A DNA stretch of 64,000 nt from an uncultured bacterium (GTDB lineage: Bacteria > Hydrothermota > Tepidihabitantia > Tepidihabitantales > Tepidihabitantaceae), in assembly GCA_964590395.1 (NCBI GenBank), contig CAZPVT010000034.1:31464-95463 (forward strand). Direction: 5' to 3'. A model generated the notes under the pieces. That model saw only the letters and a program-made list of their open reading frames with translations, had not been told where the DNA came from and searched no databases. The translations under genes were made by a program, and so were the position numbers. Shown in pieces: positions 55,448 to 62,965 of the stretch; within the stretch, counting starts at the first letter, position 1, and each line of letters begins with the position of its first letter.

Positions 55448-56857
55448 ATGAGTTATCGATGGTTGATTGGTAAAGATTTGCAAAACGGGAAATATAAGAT
55501 AGTTGCCTTCATCGGTAGAGGGGGGATGGCAGAGGTTTACGAAGGTTTTGATACTAAATTAAAACGCAAGGTCGCAATTAAAATCCTGGGTCGCGAGTAT
55601 ATCAACAACCCCTATCTCGTTCGCCGATTTTACGAAGAGGCACAAATTGCCGCTAATTGTGACCATCCTAATATCGTAAAGATATATGATATCCACAATG
55701 AGGGGGAGATTCATTATTTTGTAATGCAATATCTTCCCCGGACGCTTGCTAATATCCTGAAAGAAAAAAAGGTTCTTTTACCGATTGAGGTAATGAAAAT
55801 TTTGAAGCCGATTGCGGAGGCTTTAGTTTATACCCAAAACAGGGGGATTGTCCATAAGGATATTAAGCCTGCCAATATTATGTTTACTGAACACGGAGTT
55901 CCTGTCCTTACCGATTTTGGCATCGCTTTGCATGACGACAGCACCAGATTCCAAGGGGCGGTTGCGACCGGAACGCCAGAGTATATGTCTCCGGAACAGA
56001 TTGAGGGCAAAGAGTTAGATTTTCGTTCGGACATTTATTCTTTAGGGATCGTGCTTTATGAGTCGGTTACAGGGGGTGTTCCGTTTCAAGCCGATGAGCC
56101 ACACGCAGTTCTATACCAACATATCCACAAACCGCTCCCGGAAAAGCCATTACAAGAGAAATCGGTACCTAAACCGGTATGCGATGTTTTACGCAAATGT
56201 TTGGCTAAATCACCGATTGACCGCTATCAGTCTGCGGAAGAGCTGGTCTCAACGATTGATGAGGTCATTAAAACTCTCTCAGTTCAAAGGTCAGGAGCGG
56301 GGATTAAATATCTAATTATGGTTCTATTGGGGATACTGGTTGTTAGTGGCATAATAGTCGGCAGAAAATATTTTATGTCTTTGAACCCTGAGTTTCTGAA
56401 ACCGATTGGTTCTAAAAACCGTGCACCGTTTGCTACGGTTTCCTTATTGATTATGGACTCAATTGCCGCCCAGCCAGTACCATTTTTCGCAGAACTCTCT
56501 TTTCGAACCCAAGAACAGGAAACGACGTTTTCAATTCAAAAGGGTGAGGCGACTATAAAACTGTATTCGGAAAACCCGAAAACATTTCTGGTATCTCCCA
56601 ATCTCTCTACACAAAGTTCTTTGTCTGATACCTTTACGGTCTTCGGTCCATTTGCCAAGCCCGGGGTTCCGGTTACAATTTGGGTAGAAGTGCCTTACTA
56701 TGAGGGTGCGGGTGTTTCAATCGCGGTAAATGAAGGGGATAATAAAGAATTAAAAATTAAATTACAATCAAAGCAGATTTATTGTGGTGGCTGTGGAAAG
56801 CAATTTGATTTTGGTGATACCATTTGCTCAAAATGCGAGAAGAAACGAGAGAAATGA
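55448..56857 (+). CDS. Hanks-type Ser/Thr kinase, one TM helix, ~150-aa ectodomain, C-terminal zinc ribbon
   Basis: Kinase motifs VAIKIL, HKDIKPAN, DFGIAL and GTPEYMSPE. TM helix YLIMVLLGILVVSGIIVG. It ends with CGGCGKQFDFGDTICSKCEKK. Confidence 0.8.
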   Translation: MSYRWLIGKDLQNGKYKIVAFIGRGGMAEVYEGFDTKLKRKVAIKILGREYINNPYLVRRFYEEAQIAANCDHPNIVKIYDIHNEGEIHYFVMQYLPRTLANILKEKKVLLPIEVMKILKPIAEALVYTQNRGIVHKDIKPANIMFTEHGVPVLTDFGIALHDDSTRFQGAVATGTPEYMSPEQIEGKELDFRSDIYSLGIVLYESVTGGVPFQADEPHAVLYQHIHKPLPEKPLQEKSVPKPVCDVLRKCLAKSPIDRYQSAEELVSTIDEVIKTLSVQRSGAGIKYLIMVLLGILVVSGIIVGRKYFMSLNPEFLKPIGSKNRAPFATVSLLIMDSIAAQPVPFFAELSFRTQEQETTFSIQKGEATIKLYSENPKTFLVSPNLSTQSSLSDTFTVFGPFAKPGVPVTIWVEVPYYEGAGVSIAVNEGDNKELKIKLQSKQIYCGGCGKQFDFGDTICSKCEKKREK

Positions 56858-58833
56858 AGCGGGTAAAAATTCTTTTTCTGCTGTTGGTTTGGTTTTCTTT
56901 ACTTTTCGCTCTAAAGGTCTGTCATAAATGCGGCACGGAAAATCCCGATAGTTATGAGTACTGTAAGAAATGTGGCACCAAGTTATTTCAGAAGTTAAGG
57001 GTTCCCGATGTAGTTGGTAGAAACAAAGAGGAAGCGATAACATTACTCAGGTCCCGTGGTTTTCGTTATGAATTTAGAGATACTTTTTATAACATCCCAG
57101 TGGGGACCGTTGTTAAACAGTTACCGACCGGCGGCACGGTTATTAGGGAAGGGAGTGAGGTTATATTATGGGTCTCACTCGGCACACCTGAACCGAAATG
57201 GTTAGTGACACTTAAGTCTTGGGAGGGTTGGCCTAGAGAGGGAAAAGGGGTTGCCGGTATTTTAGTTAGGGATTCAATAGTAACAGTCAAGGATCCGAGT
57301 GGAAGGATAAAAACAGTTTCCATTATAAGGAATAGCTCAACTGATAGTAGTGTGGTAGTTCTCCATGATAACTGGCAGGGACCTGATAATTATGGAGAAA
57401 ACTGGCTTTCATATTCATATGGTGATGTTAAACTAACGATATTTTTACTTGAGGGCAGGGTTGATACCTTAACGGTGTTACTGTCCGAGTCATTGAAGTT
57501 AGACCTGGCGACCGCTTTTGATGCTATTCAAAGATGTTTAGATACGGTTATTCCCGAAACAGCAGATAGCGTACATCGGTGCTACCCGAACAAAGGTATA
57601 TCGTTACTTTACCGAATGGATACTTTGGTCGGATTTAAGATCTTTGCCCCAAGAGAAGAACCCCGATGGCTTAAGGTGTTAAAAAGGGATGGAATTGATA
57701 TAAAAAATCTGGCGGTGGCTGGTTTGAGTATTGGGATGTATGCGGATAGTATTAAACTCGTATTGGGAAGTCCGACCGCAAAGACATCAAACAGGTTAAG
57801 TTATGAGTTTTTAAACAATCGAGTGGTCTTTTCTGTCGTAGAGGGCGAGATTGATACAATAACCCTTTTGGGGGATAAGAAATTATTTGATTCGTTAATA
57901 CCCCTCAAAAACTATAGAGAGTTTATTGTTAGTTATGGGCAGCCAGAGTCGTTAACGGAGTATGGGAGTAGGCGAGAGATTGGCTATCCGAAGTTGGGAT
58001 TATACCTATCTTTTGATGGAGAGTCCTTAAAAGTTGTAAAACTGAGTTTCCCGGTTTACTTCAATATGGTTTTCATTCCTGCGGGGAACTGTCTAATTGG
58101 AACGACAAGGCAGGAGATGGAGAGATTGATAAAGACCCATCCTGACTGGGACAAAGGATTTTTTTTAAATGAAATGCCCCGGAAAAAAATTTTTATAAAC
58201 TACGGTTTCTATATAGATAGATTTGAAGTTACCAACCGTCAGTTTAAGAAATTTGTTACGGCAACAAAATACAAACCAGAAGGAGATTGGTTTAGGTGGT
58301 ACAGAAATAAGGTAGAGTTAGACAATCATCCGGTTGTCGGTGTTACCTGGAATGATGCTAATGCCTATGCTCAATGGGCGGGTAAAAGACTGCCCTACGA
58401 GATAGAATGGGAGAAAGCGGCAAGGTGCTCGCTTGGATATTTATTTCCCTGGGGGAACAGCGAGGAAGATGTCGCTAATAAGGCTAATTTTCAACTATCC
58501 CAGATCAACACAACTGTGGCAGTTGATTCATATTCTATGGGTAAAAGTCTGTTCGGAGTGTTTAATATGGCGGGGAACGTCTGGGAGTGGTGTGCGGATT
58601 ATTATGTTGATGATTATATAAAAGTTCTTCCCGAAAAGATTGAGCGTCCGGAGATGATAGGTGTGATAAGATCGAAAACAAAGGAGATCGAGGCGGACAG
58701 TCTAAGGGTATCAGCAAGAGGGGGGGCGTTCAACTGGGGACTTTTTTGGATCAGAAGTGCTTGTAGACACTATTTCCCAAAGAATACATCCCGAGGAGAC
58801 CTCGGGTTTAGGTGTGTAAAAGATGTGAAATAA
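56854..58833 (+). CDS. membrane-anchored zinc-ribbon / PASTA / tandem ~135-aa repeat / FGE-sulfatase (SUMF1) domain protein
   Basis: ATGA overlap with the kinase gene. Hydrophobic N-terminus ILFLLLVWFSLLFAL followed by CHKCGTENPDSYEYCKKCG. PASTA reads VPDVVGRNKEEAITLLRSRGF...VGTVVKQLPTGGTVIREGSEVILWVS. FGE motifs are FYIDRFEVTN, HPVVGVTWNDANAYAQWAGKRLP, GNVWEWC and GFRCV. Confidence 0.8.
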   Translation: MKRVKILFLLLVWFSLLFALKVCHKCGTENPDSYEYCKKCGTKLFQKLRVPDVVGRNKEEAITLLRSRGFRYEFRDTFYNIPVGTVVKQLPTGGTVIREGSEVILWVSLGTPEPKWLVTLKSWEGWPREGKGVAGILVRDSIVTVKDPSGRIKTVSIIRNSSTDSSVVVLHDNWQGPDNYGENWLSYSYGDVKLTIFLLEGRVDTLTVLLSESLKLDLATAFDAIQRCLDTVIPETADSVHRCYPNKGISLLYRMDTLVGFKIFAPREEPRWLKVLKRDGIDIKNLAVAGLSIGMYADSIKLVLGSPTAKTSNRLSYEFLNNRVVFSVVEGEIDTITLLGDKKLFDSLIPLKNYREFIVSYGQPESLTEYGSRREIGYPKLGLYLSFDGESLKVVKLSFPVYFNMVFIPAGNCLIGTTRQEMERLIKTHPDWDKGFFLNEMPRKKIFINYGFYIDRFEVTNRQFKKFVTATKYKPEGDWFRWYRNKVELDNHPVVGVTWNDANAYAQWAGKRLPYEIEWEKAARCSLGYLFPWGNSEEDVANKANFQLSQINTTVAVDSYSMGKSLFGVFNMAGNVWEWCADYYVDDYIKVLPEKIERPEMIGVIRSKTKEIEADSLRVSARGGAFNWGLFWIRSACRHYFPKNTSRGDLGFRCVKDVK

Positions 58834-58857
58834 ATTATGATAAAGAAAGGAGTGGTT

Positions 58858-59670
58858 ATGAAGAATACCAGGGCATTAATAATAGGCACTATTTTCTGTG
58901 CTGTTTTTTTTAATACCTCGAATATAGTAAGTGCGACAAACCCTCAAACGCTTTCTTGCCATAATCAGGATGCACAGATTCCCGAACTTATCAATTATCA
59001 GGCAAAACTGGTGGATTCAACTGGCCAGCCGGTTGTTGACGGTGGATATGTAATGGTGTTTTCCCTTTACACCGATACTACTTCTCGAAGACAGCCCATC
59101 TGGAGCGAGACCCAAATTGTCCAGACCCGAAACGGTCTTTTTAATGTTTTCTTAAATATTCCGCCGGGTAACTTATCGTCCAACTCCTGCTATCTTGGAA
59201 TTCGGGTGCTCCCTTCAGAGAAAGAGATGTTACCACTCCAGCGAATTGTAAGTGTGCCGTTTGCCTACTTTGCACATAGCGCTGGTGAGGCGCAGCGAGT
59301 TAGTGGCTATAACATTACCGGACTTGATGGCCGGTATGTGAACGAAAACCAGACAAACTCTATTACCAGCCCGATGATCGTTGATAGCACAATTACTTCT
59401 GCGGATATTGCTTCTGGTTTTCTTCTACTCAATACTTCATTAATGGGGGGCGATGTGATTCAATCGGGTAGTAGTATTGATACCGTGATCAACTCCGAGG
59501 TTACTACTGGTTGTCTGATTTTTTTGACAATCGGTCCGACTCGGGATAGTGTTAAACCAATTAAGGTTTATTCTATCGCCAATGGTCGTTTCGTGGTTGG
59601 TACAATTGACAATCAGCCTACTTTGGCACCCATCCCTTTCCAGTACCTGATCATTAAACCTAATCCATAG
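58858..59670 (+). CDS. secreted protein of unknown function
   Basis: AAGGAG lies 5 nt before the ATG at 58858. Signal peptide MKNTRALIIGTIFCAVFF...VSA. No confident domain call. Confidence 0.6.
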   Translation: MKNTRALIIGTIFCAVFFNTSNIVSATNPQTLSCHNQDAQIPELINYQAKLVDSTGQPVVDGGYVMVFSLYTDTTSRRQPIWSETQIVQTRNGLFNVFLNIPPGNLSSNSCYLGIRVLPSEKEMLPLQRIVSVPFAYFAHSAGEAQRVSGYNITGLDGRYVNENQTNSITSPMIVDSTITSADIASGFLLLNTSLMGGDVIQSGSSIDTVINSEVTTGCLIFLTIGPTRDSVKPIKVYSIANGRFVVGTIDNQPTLAPIPFQYLIIKPNP

Positions 59671-59675
59671 GAGGG

Positions 59676-60257
59676 GTGATGATATCGTCTCTTTTGTTTG
59701 GTTTCCTCCTGATGTTGGCGACCGGCAGTAATGTTAAGGGAACGGGATCGTTGGGCGGTGTTGATGGTGCTATGCAAATTAATTGGTGGACGGTAAATTC
59801 AGCCGGGGTGGTATTGGCTGCTGATGGTAGATACTTACTTTCCGGGTGTATCACCTCTTCACCGGTTGGCGTGAGTGACATCAGCCGTTACTATGGATTA
59901 GCCGGTGGTTTCTGGGTTTCAGAATTTAGATTTTCTCCGAAGGTCTCACGGGAAGGACAGATCTTTTCGCTAACGATGCGGGATTTTAAACTATATCAGA
60001 ATTTTCCCAATCCCTTCCGAACGAAAACCAGTATCAGTTACGAGATTCCCACTGAGCAACAGGTGGCGCTCCTCATTTATGACCATTCGGGAAGATTGGT
60101 TAAGAGATTGTTTATCGGTCGGCAGCAACCGGGTAGATATACTATTAAATGGGATGGCAGGAATGAGATTGGTCATAGGTGTGCTGAAGGAATATACTTC
60201 TATATGTTTAAAACCGAAGGATATTCCGCAATAGAAAAGATAGTTATTACGAAGTAG
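59676..60257 (+). CDS. secreted protein with a T9SS/FlgD-Ig-like C-terminal domain
   Basis: AGGAGGGG precedes the ATG. Signal-like N-terminus. C-terminus reads LYQNFPNPFRTKTSISYEIP...VALLIYDHSGRLVKRL...EGIYFYMFK. Confidence 0.65.
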   Translation: MMISSLLFGFLLMLATGSNVKGTGSLGGVDGAMQINWWTVNSAGVVLAADGRYLLSGCITSSPVGVSDISRYYGLAGGFWVSEFRFSPKVSREGQIFSLTMRDFKLYQNFPNPFRTKTSISYEIPTEQQVALLIYDHSGRLVKRLFIGRQQPGRYTIKWDGRNEIGHRCAEGIYFYMFKTEGYSAIEKIVITK

Positions 60258-60309
60258 CAAGACTGATGGGTGGTTATCTGCCTTGGAAAGATAAACCGAG
60301 GATAGTAAC

Positions 60310-61203
60310 TCAGTTGAGGCAGATGTTGTCTTTTGATTTACATCGATCGCATTCTAACTCCAGGGTTATATGGGTGATGGCAAATTTCTTTTCTAAACTG
60401 CAGGTCAGTTCAGAAAGCAAGGGTTGAAAACTGCTGAGCATACCATCGTTGACCACCAGATGAGCGCTCAGCGCCCGCTCCTTCTCTCCCAGCGTCCAGA
60501 TGTGTAAATCGTGTATTCCGTGGATAACGGGCGAGAAGCCGAGAATAAAATCCCGCACGGTGTCGTAATTCAGGTCTTGAGGTGTAGCGTCAATCAGAAT
60601 GTTTGTTGACTGGCGGAAAATACGATAGGTGCCATAAATTACCAGTAGCGCTATGGCGATTGAAAGCAGGGGATCAATAACTGTCCAGTTGGTTATCCCG
60701 ATGACAATACCACTTACCAGCACCGCCCCGGAGCCCAAAAGGTCATCCAGCAGATGCCACATTGCGGCGCGGATGTTCAGTGAATGGCGATGACGGTTCA
60801 GAATCAGTACTGCAATCCCATTGACACCAATACCGAGGATTGCCATTGCGATCATAACCGGGCTCTTTACCGGCTCAGGATTGAAAGTTCTTGTAAATGC
60901 GGCCCTTATAACCAGAACTGTGAACATGGTTAAGACAAGTGCGTTGACAAAGGCAATCAGCACCTGAACCTTGCGATAGCCGAAGGTGCGCTGACCACTG
61001 GGGGGGAGAAGTGACAGCCGTAGTCCCAGATAGGAAAGCATCAGTGCCACTGCATCGCCAGCGTCATGCAGTGCGCCCGCAATTAAAACCAGTGAGTTAG
61101 CCCAGAGTCCTGTTAACAGTTCGGTTAGGGCAAAACCGAGATTTAGTCCGATAGAGACAATCAGACCGCGTCCCTGAAGTGCAGTTTGATGATTCGTTGC
61201 CAT
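60310..61203 (-). CDS. cation diffusion facilitator (CzcD/ZitB-like) metal efflux transporter
   Basis: Six TM segments with HxxxD pairs (ALHDAGDA, WHLLDDLLG) and a C-terminal cytoplasmic domain. Confidence 0.85.
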   Translation of the reverse strand: MATNHQTALQGRGLIVSIGLNLGFALTELLTGLWANSLVLIAGALHDAGDAVALMLSYLGLRLSLLPPSGQRTFGYRKVQVLIAFVNALVLTMFTVLVIRAAFTRTFNPEPVKSPVMIAMAILGIGVNGIAVLILNRHRHSLNIRAAMWHLLDDLLGSGAVLVSGIVIGITNWTVIDPLLSIAIALLVIYGTYRIFRQSTNILIDATPQDLNYDTVRDFILGFSPVIHGIHDLHIWTLGEKERALSAHLVVNDGMLSSFQPLLSELTCSLEKKFAITHITLELECDRCKSKDNICLN

Positions 61204-61292
61204 TAAAAGAAAATATTATAGTCAACTGGATGAAAAATCAATTAGAGGTAAAGTTAATTAAGGGGGTGTTGTGAAATTAACTAACCGATCTC

Positions 61293-62120
61293 TTACAGCC
61301 CGCGGATTTTGTTTCGAAAGACGGTCGCCTCGGCTTCGTCAACCGCAATCCGATTGACAAAATGGTTGACCTGGGGGGTGCGCAAAAGGTAATTACCATT
61401 AAGGACCAGCAACCCCTTTTTTGCCCATTCATAAATTATGGTGTCATTGCGTTTGATTTCGAGGTAGGTGCGGATGTTACCGGTTGGCTTCATCGTGTCC
61501 GGGTTAAGGACAAACGCGGTAACCACAAACGGGTCGCGCTGGAGAGTGATTTTTATTCCCGGGGGATTGCCGTTAATTTCCGGTAATACATCAATGCCGG
61601 TGATATTGTCATTGGTCATAACCCGGCTCAGATTTAATTCTGGAGTAAAGCCTAGCCTTACCGCAACCACGCCCATACCGATGTTCTGGAGTTCAGTGCC
61701 TTTTTCACCCGCCTTCATTGAGCGCACCATCTTTATTTTAAAAAATGCGGATTGCTGGACGAGGAGAAGTTCCCGGAAGATGATCCAGACCATTATAGAG
61801 AGCAGACCGTTCTGCCGGTATCCCGGATTGACGATTGCATCCCAGAGGATGATGCCCCGGTGCGGTGGATTGCGTTCTATGGAAACTGAGCCGATTGGTT
61901 CTCGCTGGTCAAAAAGATAGCAGGCGGCGCTGGTGCTTGCCAGTTCGGTTTTAACCCCGAGGATTTTTCCTCCCAGTCCACCTTCAAGTATGCGGATCGT
62001 CTCGTGGTCAAGCCACTCAAAACTGGGTCCGATTTTTACCGGGTTCCAGACGAAACCCGCGGCTGGTCCGCTTGAAGGTTTCGTCAGTGTCTCACTACTG
62101 ATTTTATTTGCTACCGACAT
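61293..62120 (-). CDS. hypothetical protein with a possible GNAT-like N-terminal half
   Basis: AAGGAGG precedes the ATG at 62120, so it is clearly a gene. IVNPGYRQNGLLSIMVW and VAVRLGF loosely resemble GNAT motif A and the beta5 region. The C-terminal ~110 aa is unassigned. Confidence 0.5.
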   Translation of the reverse strand: MSVANKISSETLTKPSSGPAAGFVWNPVKIGPSFEWLDHETIRILEGGLGGKILGVKTELASTSAACYLFDQREPIGSVSIERNPPHRGIILWDAIVNPGYRQNGLLSIMVWIIFRELLLVQQSAFFKIKMVRSMKAGEKGTELQNIGMGVVAVRLGFTPELNLSRVMTNDNITGIDVLPEINGNPPGIKITLQRDPFVVTAFVLNPDTMKPTGNIRTYLEIKRNDTIIYEWAKKGLLVLNGNYLLRTPQVNHFVNRIAVDEAEATVFRNKIRGL

Positions 62121-62333
62121 CCTGACCTCCTTTATTTATACTTATCAATGTTCGGTATAACATCGGTTTGTAACCCAGTGCTATTAAAATCCAGATACTA
62201 AGAGTTAGTGGTTAGTATTACTCTTTACTATCAGTAATTAACTCAACCAATTCCTCAATTTTAATTTTACTATTTCAGGACTGCCTGTCAAGTTTTTCTT
62301 TTTATGTATTGGACCGGCGGATAAACAAAAGCA

Positions 62334-62720
62334 GGCAGGCGGGTCTGTAAGCCGGGTTCTGTACTCCTTGCGGAGCGACGGTCATTTCTCTGGGATGCAC
62401 AGTTACCCGTGCACCTCAAGCAACCTACCCGGGAATGATAACGGGCCGGGCAAGCCCTCTTCCCTGTTTGGTTTTGCACCAGGCAGGGTTTGTCCATCCG
62501 GTATGTCACCATACCGGATAGTGCGCTCTTACCGCACTATTTCACCCTTACCAGCCACCGGTAACCTCAACCCGGTACCTGGCGGTATGGTTTCTGTGAC
62601 ACTTTCCGTCTGTTTGCGGTCTCCCGCAAACAGCCTCGCGGTTAGCGAGTGCCTTGCCCTTTGGTGCCCGGACTTTCCTCGGTCCGTTTTACTGGACCGC
62701 GACCGTCCGACCCGCCTGCC
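62334..62720 (-). ncRNA. rnpB: RNase P RNA, bacterial type A
   Basis: The minus strand contains GAGGAAAGTCCGGGC near the 5' end and ACAGAACCCGGCTTA near the 3' end. A 12-bp P1 stem is formed by GGCAGGCGGGTC (62720-62709) and GACCCGCCTGCC (62345-62334). Length 387 nt. Confidence 0.9.
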
Positions 62721-62730
62721 GCATTATATT

Positions 62731-62759
62731 ATTATAAGCGGTTCCTCCTCTTCTATCAA
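62731..62759 (-). promoter_or_regulatory. rnpB promoter (TTGATA-17-TATAAT)
   Basis: The minus strand reads TTGATA gaagaggaggaaccgct TATAAT aatataatgc, then the P1 stem begins. Confidence 0.5.
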
Positions 62760-62800
62760 TACCGGTAAGTATACCCGAATTTTCCTTATGGGTAACAGGT

Positions 62801-62824
62801 AAAAAGCCCTGTGCCTGAACAGGG
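62801..62824 (-). terminator. weak candidate intrinsic terminator after the nuclease gene
   Basis: The minus strand reads CCCTGT tcaggc ACAGGG c TTTTT. The stem is only 6 bp, placed between the CDS stop (62966) and the rnpB promoter. Confidence 0.3.
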
Positions 62825-62965
62825 GAAGGAGTTCAGAATAGGCGATGCGGTCAGAAATTGGTGGGCCTGGCGGTGGAGGGATTTTATGGTTTTGCCTCTA
62901 TCACCAGATAATTTATAACTGTTTTATCACCCTTCCTTGATCGCTTCTGCCGGATTTTGACAATT

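Noticed and set aside
58050-58833. The FGE/C-type-lectin-fold C-terminus as a diversity-generating retroelement target.
   Set aside because: The window has no reverse transcriptase. I found no template repeat matching the 3' end of the gene, and no adenine-specific mismatch pattern.
60272-60297. Imperfect hairpin (ggttatct...agataaacc) between the convergent genes 59676-60257 and 60310-61203, considered as a bidirectional terminator.
   Set aside because: The stem has a bulge, is AT-rich, and has no U-tract on either strand. It is too weak to call.
62288-62802. ORFs 62288-62512 (minus strand) and 62368-62802 (plus strand, 144 aa).
   Set aside because: They lie entirely over the RNase P RNA gene, which has universal rnpB motifs and a P1 stem. 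They have no SD and their composition is driven by RNA structure.
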